Part shown: one piece after another, positions 39,597 to 53,100 of the stretch | Numbering within the stretch: the stretch's first letter is position 1 | Layout: each line of letters begins with the position of its first letter | Source: the human T2T-CHM13v2.0 reference genome, Homo sapiens | DNA: 64,000 bases | Strand: one strand, 5' to 3' | Assembly: GCF_009914755.1 (NCBI RefSeq) | Contig: NC_060937.1 | Notes under the pieces: generated by a model | The model's input: only the letters and a program-made list of their open reading frames with translations | The model's database searches: none | What the model was told of the DNA's origin: nothing | Translations under genes and position numbers: made by a program

Positions 39597-40179
39597 TGTT
39601 GGGGTGATCAGACTCAACACTAGGTCGTGGGGGCAACGAAGTCTGGTGGAGTCAAAGAATTGAGAAAAGACAGAGAGAGAGAAGTGAGGCCAGGGGACCA
39701 TCATGATTGTGGAGGCTGCAAAGGCCCTGAGCTCTAGGAGCCCACGCTATTTATTGGTAATCCAACAAAGAAACAGGTGGTGAGAATGTGGAGGTCAAAA
39801 GGGTGCATTGCATTAAGCACATGATTTACAGCTGTGATGGTTTAGCATTTGCTCTTCTACTTGAGATAATGGAAAGCAGGTTCTTTTAACTCAAGATACA
39901 ATCGATCCTGGAGAGCAAGGAGCAAGGAGCCAGCAAGTCTAGTCACATTCCAGAACCATGAGCCCTGGATTCTATCCAAGCTATGAGGGATTTTATGCCC
40001 TGGGCTTAGATTATGGTGTGTCAGGGTAGCCTTCCACCCTTTAGCACAGAGCTTGATGTTCCAAAGACCACAAGGGGTTTTAGACCTGGGACCCCGGACA
40101 TATTCCAAGACTCTTTTACATTATGTCAGACATGCAAGTCCTGCCTCAGCTTCTCCCAACACTCAGCTTTTTCCCAACA
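39597..40179 (-). mobile_element. HERV-K (HML) solo LTR, LTR14C-like
   Basis: 583 bp with TGTTGGG...CCCAACA termini; perfect 6-bp TSD gctgac at 39591-39596 and 40180-40185; reverse AATAAA near 39750. Confidence 0.8.
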
Positions 40180-40740
40180 GCTGACTAGTATTCAATTGTG
40201 TAAATATACTACATTTTAAAAAATTTATTTATCTGTTGATGGAGGCATAGTTTGCTTCCAAATTTTGGCTATTGTGAGTAATGCTGCATTGAACATGAGA
40301 TTATAGATGTCTCTTTGACATATTTATTTCAATTTTTTGGATAAATACTCAGAAGTCAAATTTCTGTATCACATGGTAGTTCTATTTTTAATTTTTTGAG
40401 AAATCTTCATTTTTTTAAAAATAATGGTTGCACTAATTTACATTCCCATCAACAGTGTATAAGTGTTCTGTTTTCTCCCCATCCTCACAAACACTTGTTA
40501 TTTTTTGTCTTTCAGATGATAGTCATTCTATTAGGTATGAGTTGATATCTTCTTATGGTTTACATTTGCATTTCCCAATGATTAGTGATGTTGAGCATTA
40601 TTTTATCTATCTTTTGGCCACATGCATATATTCTTTTGATAAATTTGTATTCAGGTCCTTTTCCCATATTTGAATTATTTTTTTTTCTATTGAGTTGTTT
40701 GAGTTTTTATCTATTTTGGATATCAACCCCTTATCAGAAG
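40180..40740 (-). mobile_element. L1MA fragment (begins near 39579, split by the solo LTR)
   Basis: ttttttaaggctga|tagtattcaattgtg...ttggctattgtgag...catttcccaatgattagtgatgttgagc. Confidence 0.85.
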
Positions 40741-41320
40741 ATGAAAGTCACATTTAAAGATAATTGACAGCAAATAGGAGGGCAAGTTGCTATTATGTCT
40801 TCCTCAAATCTCTCTCAAACACAGAAATAAATCACTACTTTGTTTATATTTGTATTTACAGAGAAGGTTGCTAGCAGCTATAACATTTCCAACTCATGAT
40901 GTATACCCATACAGGATCATCATTGATTCACTAATCTTTATTGTGATATTAAAAATATATATGTATAATATAATGTTAAAGTTCTAAAGTATCATCTATG
41001 CCATTTTTATAAAAGTAATTTTTAGCAATTAGATTTTTGAAATTTCATATTCTTAGTTCTTATCACATATTCACTAAATAAGACATCTGATATAAAAGTC
41101 TTTGCATCTTGATATGTAAAAGCCTCTAAGGAGATTCTAATGTATACTAAGACCTCAGAACCATTATCTTAGAAGTCATCTCTCACAAACTCATGTGAAT
41201 GAGCTACTTCATCAGAGAGATTGCATAGGATTTAATAGATTTGTACAAGATCCATTCTCTGGATCCAATCATCCAATTCTGTGTTTTCTCATTTCTTGAT
41301 AAATCAATTAATGATGACTT

Positions 41321-42118
41321 TCAAACTACTTTTGCAAAATTGTAACAGTGAGAGAAATCTAACATGGCTGACTCCATCTTGCTTCTAACCTCACAGGCCA
41401 ACTGCCTTTGCCCATCCTGCATATAAGACAAGCTAACTATCAGAGAAATTTTGTTTGTAGTTTAACTTTAAAGCAAGAACTATAATGATCTCTTCCCAAA
41501 ACTATCCCCCCCTTTGTTATGGGACCAAACTTACCTTTGTAAAACTAATGAAAGACCATAAGGTTCGAATTTTAGTAGGCGCCTGAATTCTGGTAAGGCC
41601 TAGGCATACATAAATAATAACTAGTCATTGTTCCTAACTTGCTTTCTGCTTAGGAGTCATGTAGCCAGAGGTCATAAAATTTATAACTTTCCTAGTTGTC
41701 CATATTTATAATATCGCTATTGTAAAACCTAAGACTGGGGTTTGAGATATTTTTCAGACTTTTTATTCTGGTGGAACAACTGATGCCACCTTAACAGGAA
41801 ACCCATTCCAAGAAACTGACTCAACTCATTCTGTGACCCCCAACTCAGGAACTGACTCAATGCAAGAAGACAGTTTCAACACCCCTGTGATTTCATCCCC
41901 AACCCAACCAGTCAGGATTTCCTATTCCCTTGCCGCCCTGTCAACCAATCCATCTTTGAAAAAACCTAGCCACTGAATTCTTGGGATTTGAAAACTCTCT
42001 CTCATCTCACTTGGCTGGCCCTATGATTATTAATCTCTTTCTCTACTGCAATATCTGCTGTCTTTGTATATAGTCACCTTCTGTACAGTAGGCAAGAAGA
42101 ACCCATCAGGTTGTAACA
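41321..42118 (+). mobile_element. LTR8 (LTR8A-like) solo LTR
   Basis: ttttgcaaaattgtaacagtgagagaaatctaacatggctgactccatcttgcttctaacctc...ggcaagaagaacccatcaggttgtaaca. Confidence 0.85.
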
Positions 42119-44315
42119 AGTTTCAGGGATTCTGAATAAAGACAGAAGTGTGACTTCATGTTTATGATTACCAGGATAAAAATTCTTATGGAGTGATGTC
42201 TACAATAAAAAGTAGGTCAAATGATTGCCTTGCCTTTTAAATGTATTATATAATCATATGATTTCTAAATTTAAAGCATGTTAGATACCTATAAAGTGAA
42301 AAGAACTTTACTGTTATAAATTACACTGGGATAGGACATTAGAACCTATGATAATGATAGATACACTGCAATGTATATATTACACAAATTATAGTAATAC
42401 TATATATAATAGTGAAATATGCTGAGAAAGTGCTGTCAAATAGGAAATCTGACATTTTATTCAATCAATTTGAATTTTAATTAACAAGAAATTTATATGT
42501 TGCTAATATGCTTATGTTTTTTCAAGAGAAACCACTTAATGGAATATATATTGGAATATATCTGGAAATTTCCTAGAGAATTCAAAATTTCAACTAAATA
42601 TTGCCTCAATACCCATAGATCATTTTCTACTGTGCAGATAAGAATAATATGCAGTTTTCTTGAATGTTCCCCTAAAGTTAATATCAGTATTATGGAAAAT
42701 GCCAATTGTTTATCCTCTAACAAGATAATACTTACTTTAAGTGATTTGTCTGGTCCTTTTTAACTAAAACGTAAAGACAAGTTTCATTGATTTAAAATTT
42801 AAAAATCAAAAGGTTTCCTTAGAGTGACTCAAATTAATGGGAGTTTTCAAAATAAAAATGATGTTACCCTAATAAAACTTTAAGGTGTGTCTGTAAAATA
42901 TACTGCCTGATATTAAGTCACTCAAGCTTTTCTTTTATTTATATATGCCTTATATTTATCATCTATCTTACACCATTAATTTCATCTGTTTTTACTTTGA
43001 ATCTATTTGAAATTAATTTCTTGTAGGCAGCATATAGTGGGTCACGTTTTTCTTCCATTAGGAAAATCTCTTTTCTTTTTATATTTAATGTAATTATTTA
43101 TATTTTTATATTTAATGTAATTATTGCTATAAGCTTTATATATGCCATTTTATCAATTTCTTTGTTTGTTTTCAGAGATTTTCTTTCTATTTTCCCTTTC
43201 ATTTCCTCTTGTGGGCTACTTAAATATTATTATTTGTTTCATGTTTTTATGGAAGTGTTTTAAGTATAAGAGTATAATTTATTTGTTCATTATGCACACC
43301 CATCCTAATTTGTTGACAATGCTCAAGTTTAAATCTGTGTGTGAAGTCCTAGTCAACTTCTCATGTGGCCCAGGCATTAAAATGACCAGAAACTACATAG
43401 AAACATCTCTGAGAATTGAATGACAGTGTGGCTCACTTCTCAGGTGTTCTATTAACACCTGAGTAGCACACTGCTGGGAAGACTAGAATAGCAATGCAAA
43501 GAATTTCAAAAGTAAATTTAAAGTTTCTTTCCTCTGTCCTTTCTGTAATCTTATTCCCACTCTGTTTGAAAGAGGCTAGGGTGTGGTCCCTGTTTGAAGT
43601 TGTTTACTTCAGGTGGTTGTTGGAGCTTCATCTCAGAATACTTGCAACACTATCTGGTAATGGGGGAGCACTACCTTTATTCATTAGTGCAGGGCAGGAA
43701 TTGGCAGCAGGATTCTGTCTTACAGTAACCATGACAGCAGTGCCCTGTGGAAAATGGGAAGCATATAGAGCAAATATTGTCAGAAGTGTTTTGTTCTCCT
43801 GGGCCTCCCAATCCCTGTACTTTGGTTAGAGAATGAAGTAATTTCTTGTTTGTATTGTTGGTTGTTTTTTCTGAATCTGTTGCTGTTTCTAGGAAGTCAT
43901 TTGTAACTGTTGTAGTGCCCAGGCTGGGATATATAAGAAGTAAAAATGTACCAACATACAAATGTAAAAGAATGTCAAGAAAGCCCTCAAGTACTGAAGT
44001 CACTAGTCAAGCTGTATTCTTTCCCTCCTTTCACAGTCTTTCTAGTCTTTTGTACATTTTGTTCAGGGTTTACTCTTTGTAATTATTAGTAGGGGAGAGG
44101 TCTGTGGACTCACTCTGTGTTCTCTGAAGCTGGAAGCTTCTTAATTTTATTCTAAATGTCTTTACATGAGAGTTTAAATTTTTAAAAAGCAGATTACTTT
44201 TACCCACATATTTATCATTTTAGTTGCTGTTGATTAATTTGTATAGATATAAATCTGGACCCTATTTTCTATTTATCTAATAATTTGGTGTTTCTTTTAG
44301 TACTGGTATGTTGAC

Positions 44316-44881
44316 AATTGGATACGGTGAGTTCTAGATTTCTCTTCAAAGAATCAGTATGTCAGTATGTTCAGTTCTTTGTCCTCCATTTTAAAGTTTA
44401 ACTTCCTCGTAGTTTCAGTAAACAACTTTTTCAACCAGTTTTAATCAGTAGTTCACATCTGTTCCCCTGGTCACCTACTCTGCCCTGACTCATCCCGGTC
44501 ACCTGCTTTGACCTGAGTCACCCCCGGTCACCTTCTCTGACCTAAGTCACCTTTAGTTCCCTGTTCCTAACCGTCCTTCCTGCCAAACTACTCACCCCGC
44601 CTCTCTGGCTCATACCCCTGCTCTCTTTAAAATAGCCATTCAGAATTAGCTTAGACTGTGTGATCCAACCCTAGCCAATATGGGAACCACACAGCAGTAG
44701 GGACTACCTGCATCAGGAATAAGAACCCCTCCCCCTCCCTTGTTCAGGTGTGCTCTTGCCATTACTCCATTCGTAAGTTGCACCCTTCTATAGAAGTGAA
44801 AATTGCCTTGCTGAGAAAATTATATTTATATTCTTTGCTATTTCTTTGTGGCACTGAGGAACAAGCATTTTGTTTCTAACA
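44316..44881 (+). mobile_element. LTR10A solo LTR
   Basis: ggatacggtgagttctagatttctcttcaaagaatcagtatgtcag...tttctaaca; TSD ttgac at 44311-44315 and 44882-44886; TGACTCA at 44486 and TGAGTCA at 44514. Confidence 0.87.
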
Positions 44882-45903
44882 TTGACAATGAATTGTTTGT
44901 TTTTGTATATCTGGAGTTATTTCATCATTATTTTTGTATGATATTTTGTTGTGCATAGAATTCCATATAAATGATACACAGGTAAGTAAATAATTATTTC
45001 AATATATTCTGAATTTCACTGTATAATAAAAGGCTGTTGTCATTCTTAAAATTGTTCCTGTAGTAATATGTCTTTTCATTATGTGGCTGCTTTATACTGG
45101 TTTAAATAATTTGTTTATTATGTACCTATGTGGTTTTATTTATGATGCTTTATTTACATGGGCTTTTTGGATTTATACTTTTCACAACATTTTAAAAGTT
45201 GTCAGTCATTACTCTACTAAATATATTTCTAGCCCTCTCTACCACAAATGGTTTCTCTCCTTTTGAGGCTCAAATCAGGTAAATAGTAAGCAACTTGGTG
45301 TTTTTCTAGAGCTTATTAATGCTGTGCTTAATTTTTTTAGTCTTTTATTTATATATGTTTCATTTAGAATAATTTAATTTCTGTGTTTTCAAATTTATGT
45401 ATTTGTCTACAATGTCTAATATTCTGTTAATATGTCTATTGTATTTTTTAATCTCAGATATTATATGTTTCAATTATAGTTTATTATGTGTGTGTTTTTA
45501 ACCTTCTCTTTCTCTGCTTTTCATGGTTTTCTCTATAGTCTCCAACATGAGTATATTGATAAGACCATTTGTTAATGCCCTTGACCACCCATTCTATCTT
45601 CTTTGTCATTTCCAGGTCTAATTCTATTACCTATTTTTTTCTCTTATACTAAGCAATATTTCTAGAATTCTTTTCGTGTCTAGTTTTTTTTGTTTTTTTT
45701 TTTCTTTTTTTGACCATAGTCATGGTAATATATATTGTTTTTAGGTTCTACACTTTGGATTTTAGACTAAGGTCAATCATTGGAAATAATTTTTTTGTTT
45801 GTTTTTTCCTTCAGGGCTTTATTTTAAGCTTTGTTAGATCCAAAAGAGATTTTTGGTGTTAATTTTATTCTTTTATATTTTAAATACTATTCTGAGAACT
45901 CTA

Positions 45904-45997
45904 TGTGATGCCTATTTGTTAGGAGTTTTTCCATCTTGTCTGTTAAATAATGTGACGCCTATTTGTTAGGAGTTTTTCCATCTTGTCTGTTAAATAA
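45904..45997. repeat. 47-bp tandem duplication
   Basis: tgtgaYgcctatttgttaggagtttttccatcttgtctgttaaataa twice, one mismatch. Confidence 0.95.
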
Positions 45998-46812
45998 TAA
46001 AATAAAATATTCTCAACTCTATGTGAGTCTTAGTATTGTTCTGAGTATTACTTGTTATAATTGTTTTTCCAGTCTCTGTTATTTTTTAGTAGGCATTCAG
46101 TTGAAGAATTAATGGGGATTATATTCACATTTTTGGAGTGAAAGTAATTCAGACAATGTATCCATAAATAATTAAATAACATCTAGATTTATTTTTACTT
46201 CATTAAATTAATTTTAGCATGTGCATTGGATAATAAAATATTAATTCTTTATTGCCATAAATAAATTTAACATTTTTATGTGCATCTTTCTTTGTTTTCT
46301 TGAATTATTCAATAATACTTGTTTGCTAACAGGTGCTCAAATTTTATAAACAAACACATGCACATATACACTTACCCCTTTATTGTTTTACTTATAGGCT
46401 ATAGAATATGCTTATCTAAATGCCTTCAATTTGTAATCAGCTTTATTAATGTTTACTATATATTACAACAATATAATCATTTTACATATTATATTGTTTC
46501 AAATACTGAAACAATTATAAATTAGCATAAAAAATATAAAAAATTGTCATCATGCCAAAAGCTCCTTTGTATCCATCCAACTTAAGGGCCTGACTCAAAC
46601 CACAAACACTCCCTAATCTGCCTTAACTCACTATAGTTTACATCTATCTTTTGTAGAGTTTCATATAAATAAAAATCTATATTACGCTAGTTTCTCATTT
46701 CTTTGGTTCATCAAAATACATTTGAGATTCACCTATAATATCAGATAAATCAATATTGCATAGGTTTCTGTTTATCACTGAGTATGACTAGAAGATGAGT
46801 GACACTCATGCA

Positions 46813-47165
46813 TAGTCATGCAAAACATAATGACATTTTAGTCAACAACTCATCATATACATGATGGTAGTCTCACAAGATTTATAATATATTCTTACTG
46901 TACTTTTTCTATGCTTAGATATGTTTAGATATGCAAATACTTAAACACTGTGTTAAAATTGCCTACAGTATTTAATGCAGTAACATGCTGTACAAATTTG
47001 TAGCATAGGAGCAATAGGCCATACTGTACAGCCTAGATGTGTAGTAGTCTATAACATGAATTAATAGGTTTGTGCAAGTACACTCTATATTGTTTGCATG
47101 AGAACTAAACTGCTTAATGATGCATTTTTCAGAATATATCCCCATCATTAAGAGATGCATGGCTG
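46813..47165 (+). mobile_element. Tigger3a DNA transposon
   Basis: (c/t)agtcatgc...gcatggctg-TA termini; internal aaattgcctacagtatt...gtaacatgctgtaca...ggagcaataggc. Confidence 0.88.
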
Positions 47166-49305
47166 TATTTTTTTCTATTTGATTATCCAGTCGTCCCAGC
47201 AAGATTGTATTTAAAGTGTACTATTTTCCTATTTAATTTTCTCAGAATCTTTGCTATAAATAAATTAACCATATATTAATAGATTTTATTTATGGATTCT
47301 ATGAAGTTACACTGATTTATATGTCTAATTTACACAAATACCACACAATCTAAATATTTTATATTTTGATGCTATTGCAAAGGAGATATTTTTAAATTTC
47401 ACTTCCCAAATGTTTATTGGTAGCATATAGACATACAAATATGCAGTTTTGTGTAATGCTGACCTTGTTTTCCACAAACTTACTAAGCTCACTTATTATC
47501 TCAAGTATCTTTTCATAGTTACCTTAGGATATTTTTCATGGATGACTGTGGTACTTATAAATAGGTACTTTCAGATTTTTTTCTGTATCCTTTTTATATC
47601 TTTTTCTTACTTTATTGCAATGACTAGGACAGCCATTACATTATTCAATAGAAGTTGGATTATTTTAGTTTCAAATACAAGGTTACTGGTATTAGATAGA
47701 TTTAAATTTTATTTTCATATTACCTTGTAACCCATGACTTTTATAAGATAAATTAATACTTTTAGTAGATTTCTTTTGTAGTTTACTTAAGACTTTTTTT
47801 GGATATATGAGTCAGAAAATTTAGGGTAAATATAATTGTAATTTTTTTCTTTTAATCTACATGTCATTTATTTCTGCCTTTATGGTTTTTTACATTTTTA
47901 GTTATTATGGGTACAAAATATTAATAGTTAGATATATTTGTGGGGTACATGTGATGCTTTGATGCAGGTATACAATGTGTAATAATTACATCGGGGTAAT
48001 TAGAGTATCTTGCAACTCAAGCATTTAGTATTTCTTTGTGTTAGTAATACAATTTCATTCTTTAACCAATATTAAAATATACAATAAACAGTTATTGACT
48101 ATATGAACCCTGTTGTGCTATAAATTACTAGATGTTATTCATTCTATCTAACTATATTTTGCACCTATTAGTCATCTGCCCAACTACCCTTCCCAGCCTC
48201 TGGTAATCATTATTCTACTACCTCCATGAGTTTAATTGTTTCAAATTTTAGCTCTCATATAAGAGGGAAAACATAAAAAATTATATGTGCCTGGCTTATT
48301 TTACTTAACGTAATGTTCTCCAGTTTTATTTGTGTTTTTAGAAATGACAGAATTTCATTTATTTATGGCTGAATAATATCCCATTATGTATATATGCCAT
48401 GCTATCTTTATTCATTCATCTACTGATGAACACTGAAGTTTTTTCCAAATCTTGGCTATTGTGAAAAATGTTACAATAAACGTGGAAGTGCAGATATTTC
48501 TTTAATATACTGATTCCCTTTATTTGCATTTATACCTAGTAGTGGGTTTGCTGGGTAAAATGGTAGTTCTACTTTTAGTTTATAAGGAATCTCCATGCCA
48601 TTCTCTTTTTTTGTTTCCTTTTTTGTCTTTTTTATTTCCATACCTAAAGTGTATGTAATAATTTACATTCCCGCCAACAATGTACAAGGGTTTCCTTTGT
48701 CTACAACCTCACTAGCACTTGTTATCGCCTGTCTTTTGGATAAAGTCAATTTTAATTGGTTTGAGATGATAGCTCATTATAGTTTTGATGTCCGTTTCTC
48801 TGATAATTAATGATGTTGAGCATTTTTTACATACCTATTGGGCCATTTGTATGTCTTCTTTTAAGAAATGTCTATTCAGATCACTTGCCAATTTTTAAAT
48901 CAGATTATTTGATTTTTTTCTATTGAGTTGTTTGGACTTCTCATTTATTCTGATTAAAAATCCCTTGTCAGATGGGTAGTAGGCAAATATTTTCTCATTC
49001 TGTGAGTTGCCTATGCATTAGTTGATTGTTTCCTTTGCTCTGAAGAAGATTTTTAGCTTGATGTGATTCTACTTGTCTGTGCTTTTGTTGCCTATGCTTT
49101 TGAGGTATTACTCAAAAGATCTTTACACAGACCAATGTCCTGCAGAGTTTCTCCAGAGTTTTCTTTCAGTAGTTTTATAGTTTCAGGTCTTAGATTTAAG
49201 AGTTTAATTCATTTGGATTTGATTTTTTTTATATGATGAGAAACAAGATTCTAGTTTTATTTTTCTGCACATGTGTTTGTGTGTGTTTACAGGGAAAATA
49301 AATAC

Positions 49306-49375
49306 ATCTCTCTCTCTATCTATCTATCTATCCATCCATCTATCTATCTACCTAATCTATCTATCCTGTCTATCT
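49306..49375. repeat. (TCTA)n/(TCCA)n microsatellite
   Basis: tctatctatctatctatccatccatctatc. Confidence 0.85.
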
Positions 49376-50188
49376 CCAGTTTTCAAAGCACCATTTGTTT
49401 AAGAGACTATTCTTTCTTCATTGTATGTTCTTGGTGCCTTTGTCAAAAATGGGTTCATTGTAGATGTGTGGATTTATTTATGGATTCTCTATGCAGTTCC
49501 CTTGGTCTATGTGTCTGTTTTTATTTCACTACCATGCTGTTTTTGTTTCTGCAGCCCTGTAGTATGTTTGAAGTCAGGTAACGTGATTCCTTCGGTGTTT
49601 CTTTTTGCTCAGAATGGTTTTGGCTATTCTGAGTCTATTGTGGTTCCACAAAAATTTTATAATTATTTTTTCTATTTCTGTGAAGAAAATCACTGGAATT
49701 TCGATAGGAACTGCAATAAACCTGTAAATTGTTTTGGATAGTATGCACATTTTAACAATATTGATCCATCCAATCAAAGAACATGGAATATATTTTATTT
49801 TTTTCTGTCCTCTTCAATTACTTTTGATAGTGTTTTATAGTTTTTATTGTAGAAATTGTTTACTGCTTTGGTAAAGTTGATTCCTAGGTATTTAATTTTA
49901 TTTGTAGCTGTTGTAAATAGGATTACTTTCTTGATTTTTTTTAAGATTGCTCACTACTGAAATACAGAATTCTACTGATTTTTGTAGGTTAATTTTTGTA
50001 TTCTGCAACTTTACTAAAACTCTTTTTCAGATCTAATTGTGTTTTTGCTTTCTGTTTTGCTGAAGTTCTTATGTTTTGTATTGATACAAGATCACATTGT
50101 CTAAAACAAAATAATTTGACTTCTATTCCAGTTTAGATGTCAGTTATTTCTTTCTTTTGTCTAATGCTCTAACTAGAACATCCAGTAC

Positions 50189-53100
50189 TGGTATGGTTTG
50201 GATCGGTGTCACCCACCCAAATCTTATGTCAAATTGTAATCCCCAGTGTTGGAGCTGGGACCTGGCAGATGGTGATTCAATCGTGGGGGTGGATTCCTCA
50301 TAAATTATTTAGCACCATCCACTTGGTGATATTCTCCTAATAGAGTTCTCATGAGATCTGATTATTTAAGCATACAGCACCTTGCTTGCCCCTCTCTCTC
50401 TCTTGCTTCTGCTCCCACCATGTCAGACACCTCACTCTCATTTTGCCTTTTGCCATGATTGGAAGCTTCCTGATGCCTCCCCAGAGATGTAAGCCACTAT
50501 GCTTCCTGTACAGCCTGCAGAACAATGACATCATTAAACCTCTTTTTAAATAAACTACCCAGTCTCAGATATTTCTTTATAGCAATGTGAGAATGAACTA
50601 ATCCAGAAAATTGGTACCAAGGAGTGAGGCATTGCTTCTCACTTGGTCCTTGGTGGCTTCCACAAACTATTAAGCATGCAGGTACACAGAGTCCAAGAGT
50701 TGAGGCTTGGGAGCCTCTGCCTAGGTTTCAAAGAATGAGATTTCAGAGACACCTGCTCCTCAGGTATCTTTAGATTTCAGGTAAAGATACTTGAAAATGT
50801 GGAAGCAGCTTTGGAACAGGGTAAAGGCAGAGGTTGGAAGAGTTGGGAGGGCTCAGAAGAAGACAGGCTGATAAGAGAAAGTTTGGAACTTTCTAGAAAC
50901 TGGTTAAATAGCTGTGACCCAAATGCTGATAGTGAAATGGACAAAGAAAAACAGGCTGATGAGGTTTCAGATGGAGATGGGGAACTTTTTGGGAACTGGA
51001 GCTAAGGTCACTTCTGTTATGCATTAGCAAAGAACCTGGCAGCATTGTGCCCCTGCTTTAGGGATTTGTGAAACTTTGAACTTGAGAGTGATGATTTCGG
51101 GTATCTGGTGAAGAAATTTCTAAGCAGCAAGGCAAGTAGCCATTCTACTTTTAACCACCTATATTTATATGTGTGAGCAAAGAAATCACCGAAAATTGGA
51201 ACTTACATTTAAAGGGGAAGCAGAGTGTAAAGTTTGGGAAATTTGCAGCCTGGTCATGTGGTAAAAAAGAAAAGCCCATTTACAGTGGAGAAATTCAAGC
51301 AGGCTGCAGAAAGTTGCATAAATTAAAAGGAGCCAAATGCTAACAGCCAAGACTATGGGGAACAAGCCTTGAAGGCATTTCAGAGACCTTGTGGCAGCCC
51401 ATTCCATCACAGTCCTGGAGGTCTAGGAGGACTGAATGTTTCCTGGGCCATGCCAATGGCCTTGATGTGCTGAGCAGCCTCAGGACACTCTCCCTGCATC
51501 CCAGCCACTCCAGGTCCAGCTGTGACTCCAAAAGGCTCAGATATAGCTCAGGCCACTGCGTCAAAAGGTGAAAGCCATATTCCTTGGTGGCTTCCACACA
51601 GTGTTAAGCATGTGAATACACAGAGTCCAAGAGTTGAGGCTTGGGAGCCTCTGCCTAGATTTCAGCAAATCTATAGAAAAGCCTGGATGTCCAGAGAGAA
51701 GCCTGCTGCTGGAGTGGAGCCCTCATGGAGAATCTCTACTAGAGCGGTGTGGAGGGGAAATGTGGGGTTGGAGGCCCCACACAGAGTCCCCACTGGGGTA
51801 CTTCTTAGTGGAGCTATGAGAAAAGGGCCACCATCTTCCAGACCCCAGAATGGTAGAACTACTGGCAGCTTTCAATCTCAACATAAAATAGCCACAGACA
51901 ATGCCAGCCCATGAGAGCAGCTACATGAACTGGACCCCATAAAGCCACAGGGGCTGAGATGCCCAAGGCCTTGGGAACCCACCCCTTGTACCAGTGAGCC
52001 CTGGATGTGGAAAATAAAGTCAAAGGAGATTATTTTGGAGCTTTAAGATTTAATTACCGCCTTGTTGGGTTTCAGACATGTGTAAGGACTGTCACCCCCC
52101 TTTTTTTTTTGGCCTATTTCTCCCTTTTGGAATGAGAGTATTTACCCATTGCCTATACACCTTTGTATCAGTCTGAATATGGGCACCAACCTCACATGTC
52201 AACAGGACTCTGGAGGATAAGGTACAAATCCACATGCCATTAGGTTCATTATTTTCTGCCCAGGGCGTCACTGCTCCTTGTCAGCTGCTATCTCCTCCAT
52301 GTCCTCCTTTCCTCCCCTGGGCCACTCTAGTAAAGGTCTCAAACTCCAGAAATCTGAGTTCCTTAAAAAACTCCTTACTAAGAACTAAGGGTGACAAAAA
52401 CTAACAGGAAGAAGTAACTCTCCTATGACTTGCTCCTCTTTATACAACTTCATCAAAAAAGGAATCAAATTTACCTACAAATGCTACAATGAGAAGAATT
52501 GGAAACCCTGTTAAAAACACTCCGTATGACCATGCAGGCTCCTGAGAGTAAATTCCACAAATTTCCATCTGTCTCCTTGTTTTTTGTTTCCATTGTGTGC
52601 ATGGGTTTTTTTGTGGACATGTGTTGAGAGAAGTGTATATGTATGTATGTATATATGGATGGATATATTTGTTTATGTGACTGTGTGTGTATAGTTTTAT
52701 GCACACTTATGCATACATGTGTCTTTATTTACTTATTTATAACACCTCTCATTGATACATGTCTCCTGAGTTGCTCCTGTTAATTCACTTCGGTGTGGAC
52801 TAGAAGATTGTAAAATAATACAGTCAGACAGGAGACGTAATTCTAAATTTACTTTTTTGAAAAAACTAGCTTCCATTACTCTAGAAATAAACTGGTTATT
52901 TTTTAACTATTCATGTATATCACTGTTTGAATCTGGAATATCACTGTTTTTATTAGAAATGCGGATTTATATAATGGCTACTAATATCTTAGGCTGGTGA
53001 AAATAGTAATGCTTCCTGGTTTAAGTAAACCTCTTTATTATGACCTTAGTCCCAATGTGTGACAGCCTTTGTAGTGGCAGTAATTTAAAATTCAGCTTCA

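Larger units (their letters stand above)
42920..46130 (-). mobile_element. Ancient L1M fragments (inter-ORF, ORF1, 5' region)
   Basis: ttcttgtaggcagcatatagtgggtca and a T-rich antisense ORF1-like tract; probably more than one element. Confidence 0.55.

Noticed and set aside
51522-51914. 130-aa ORF
   Set aside because: Fragment of the MaLR internal ORF inside MSTA, not a host gene.
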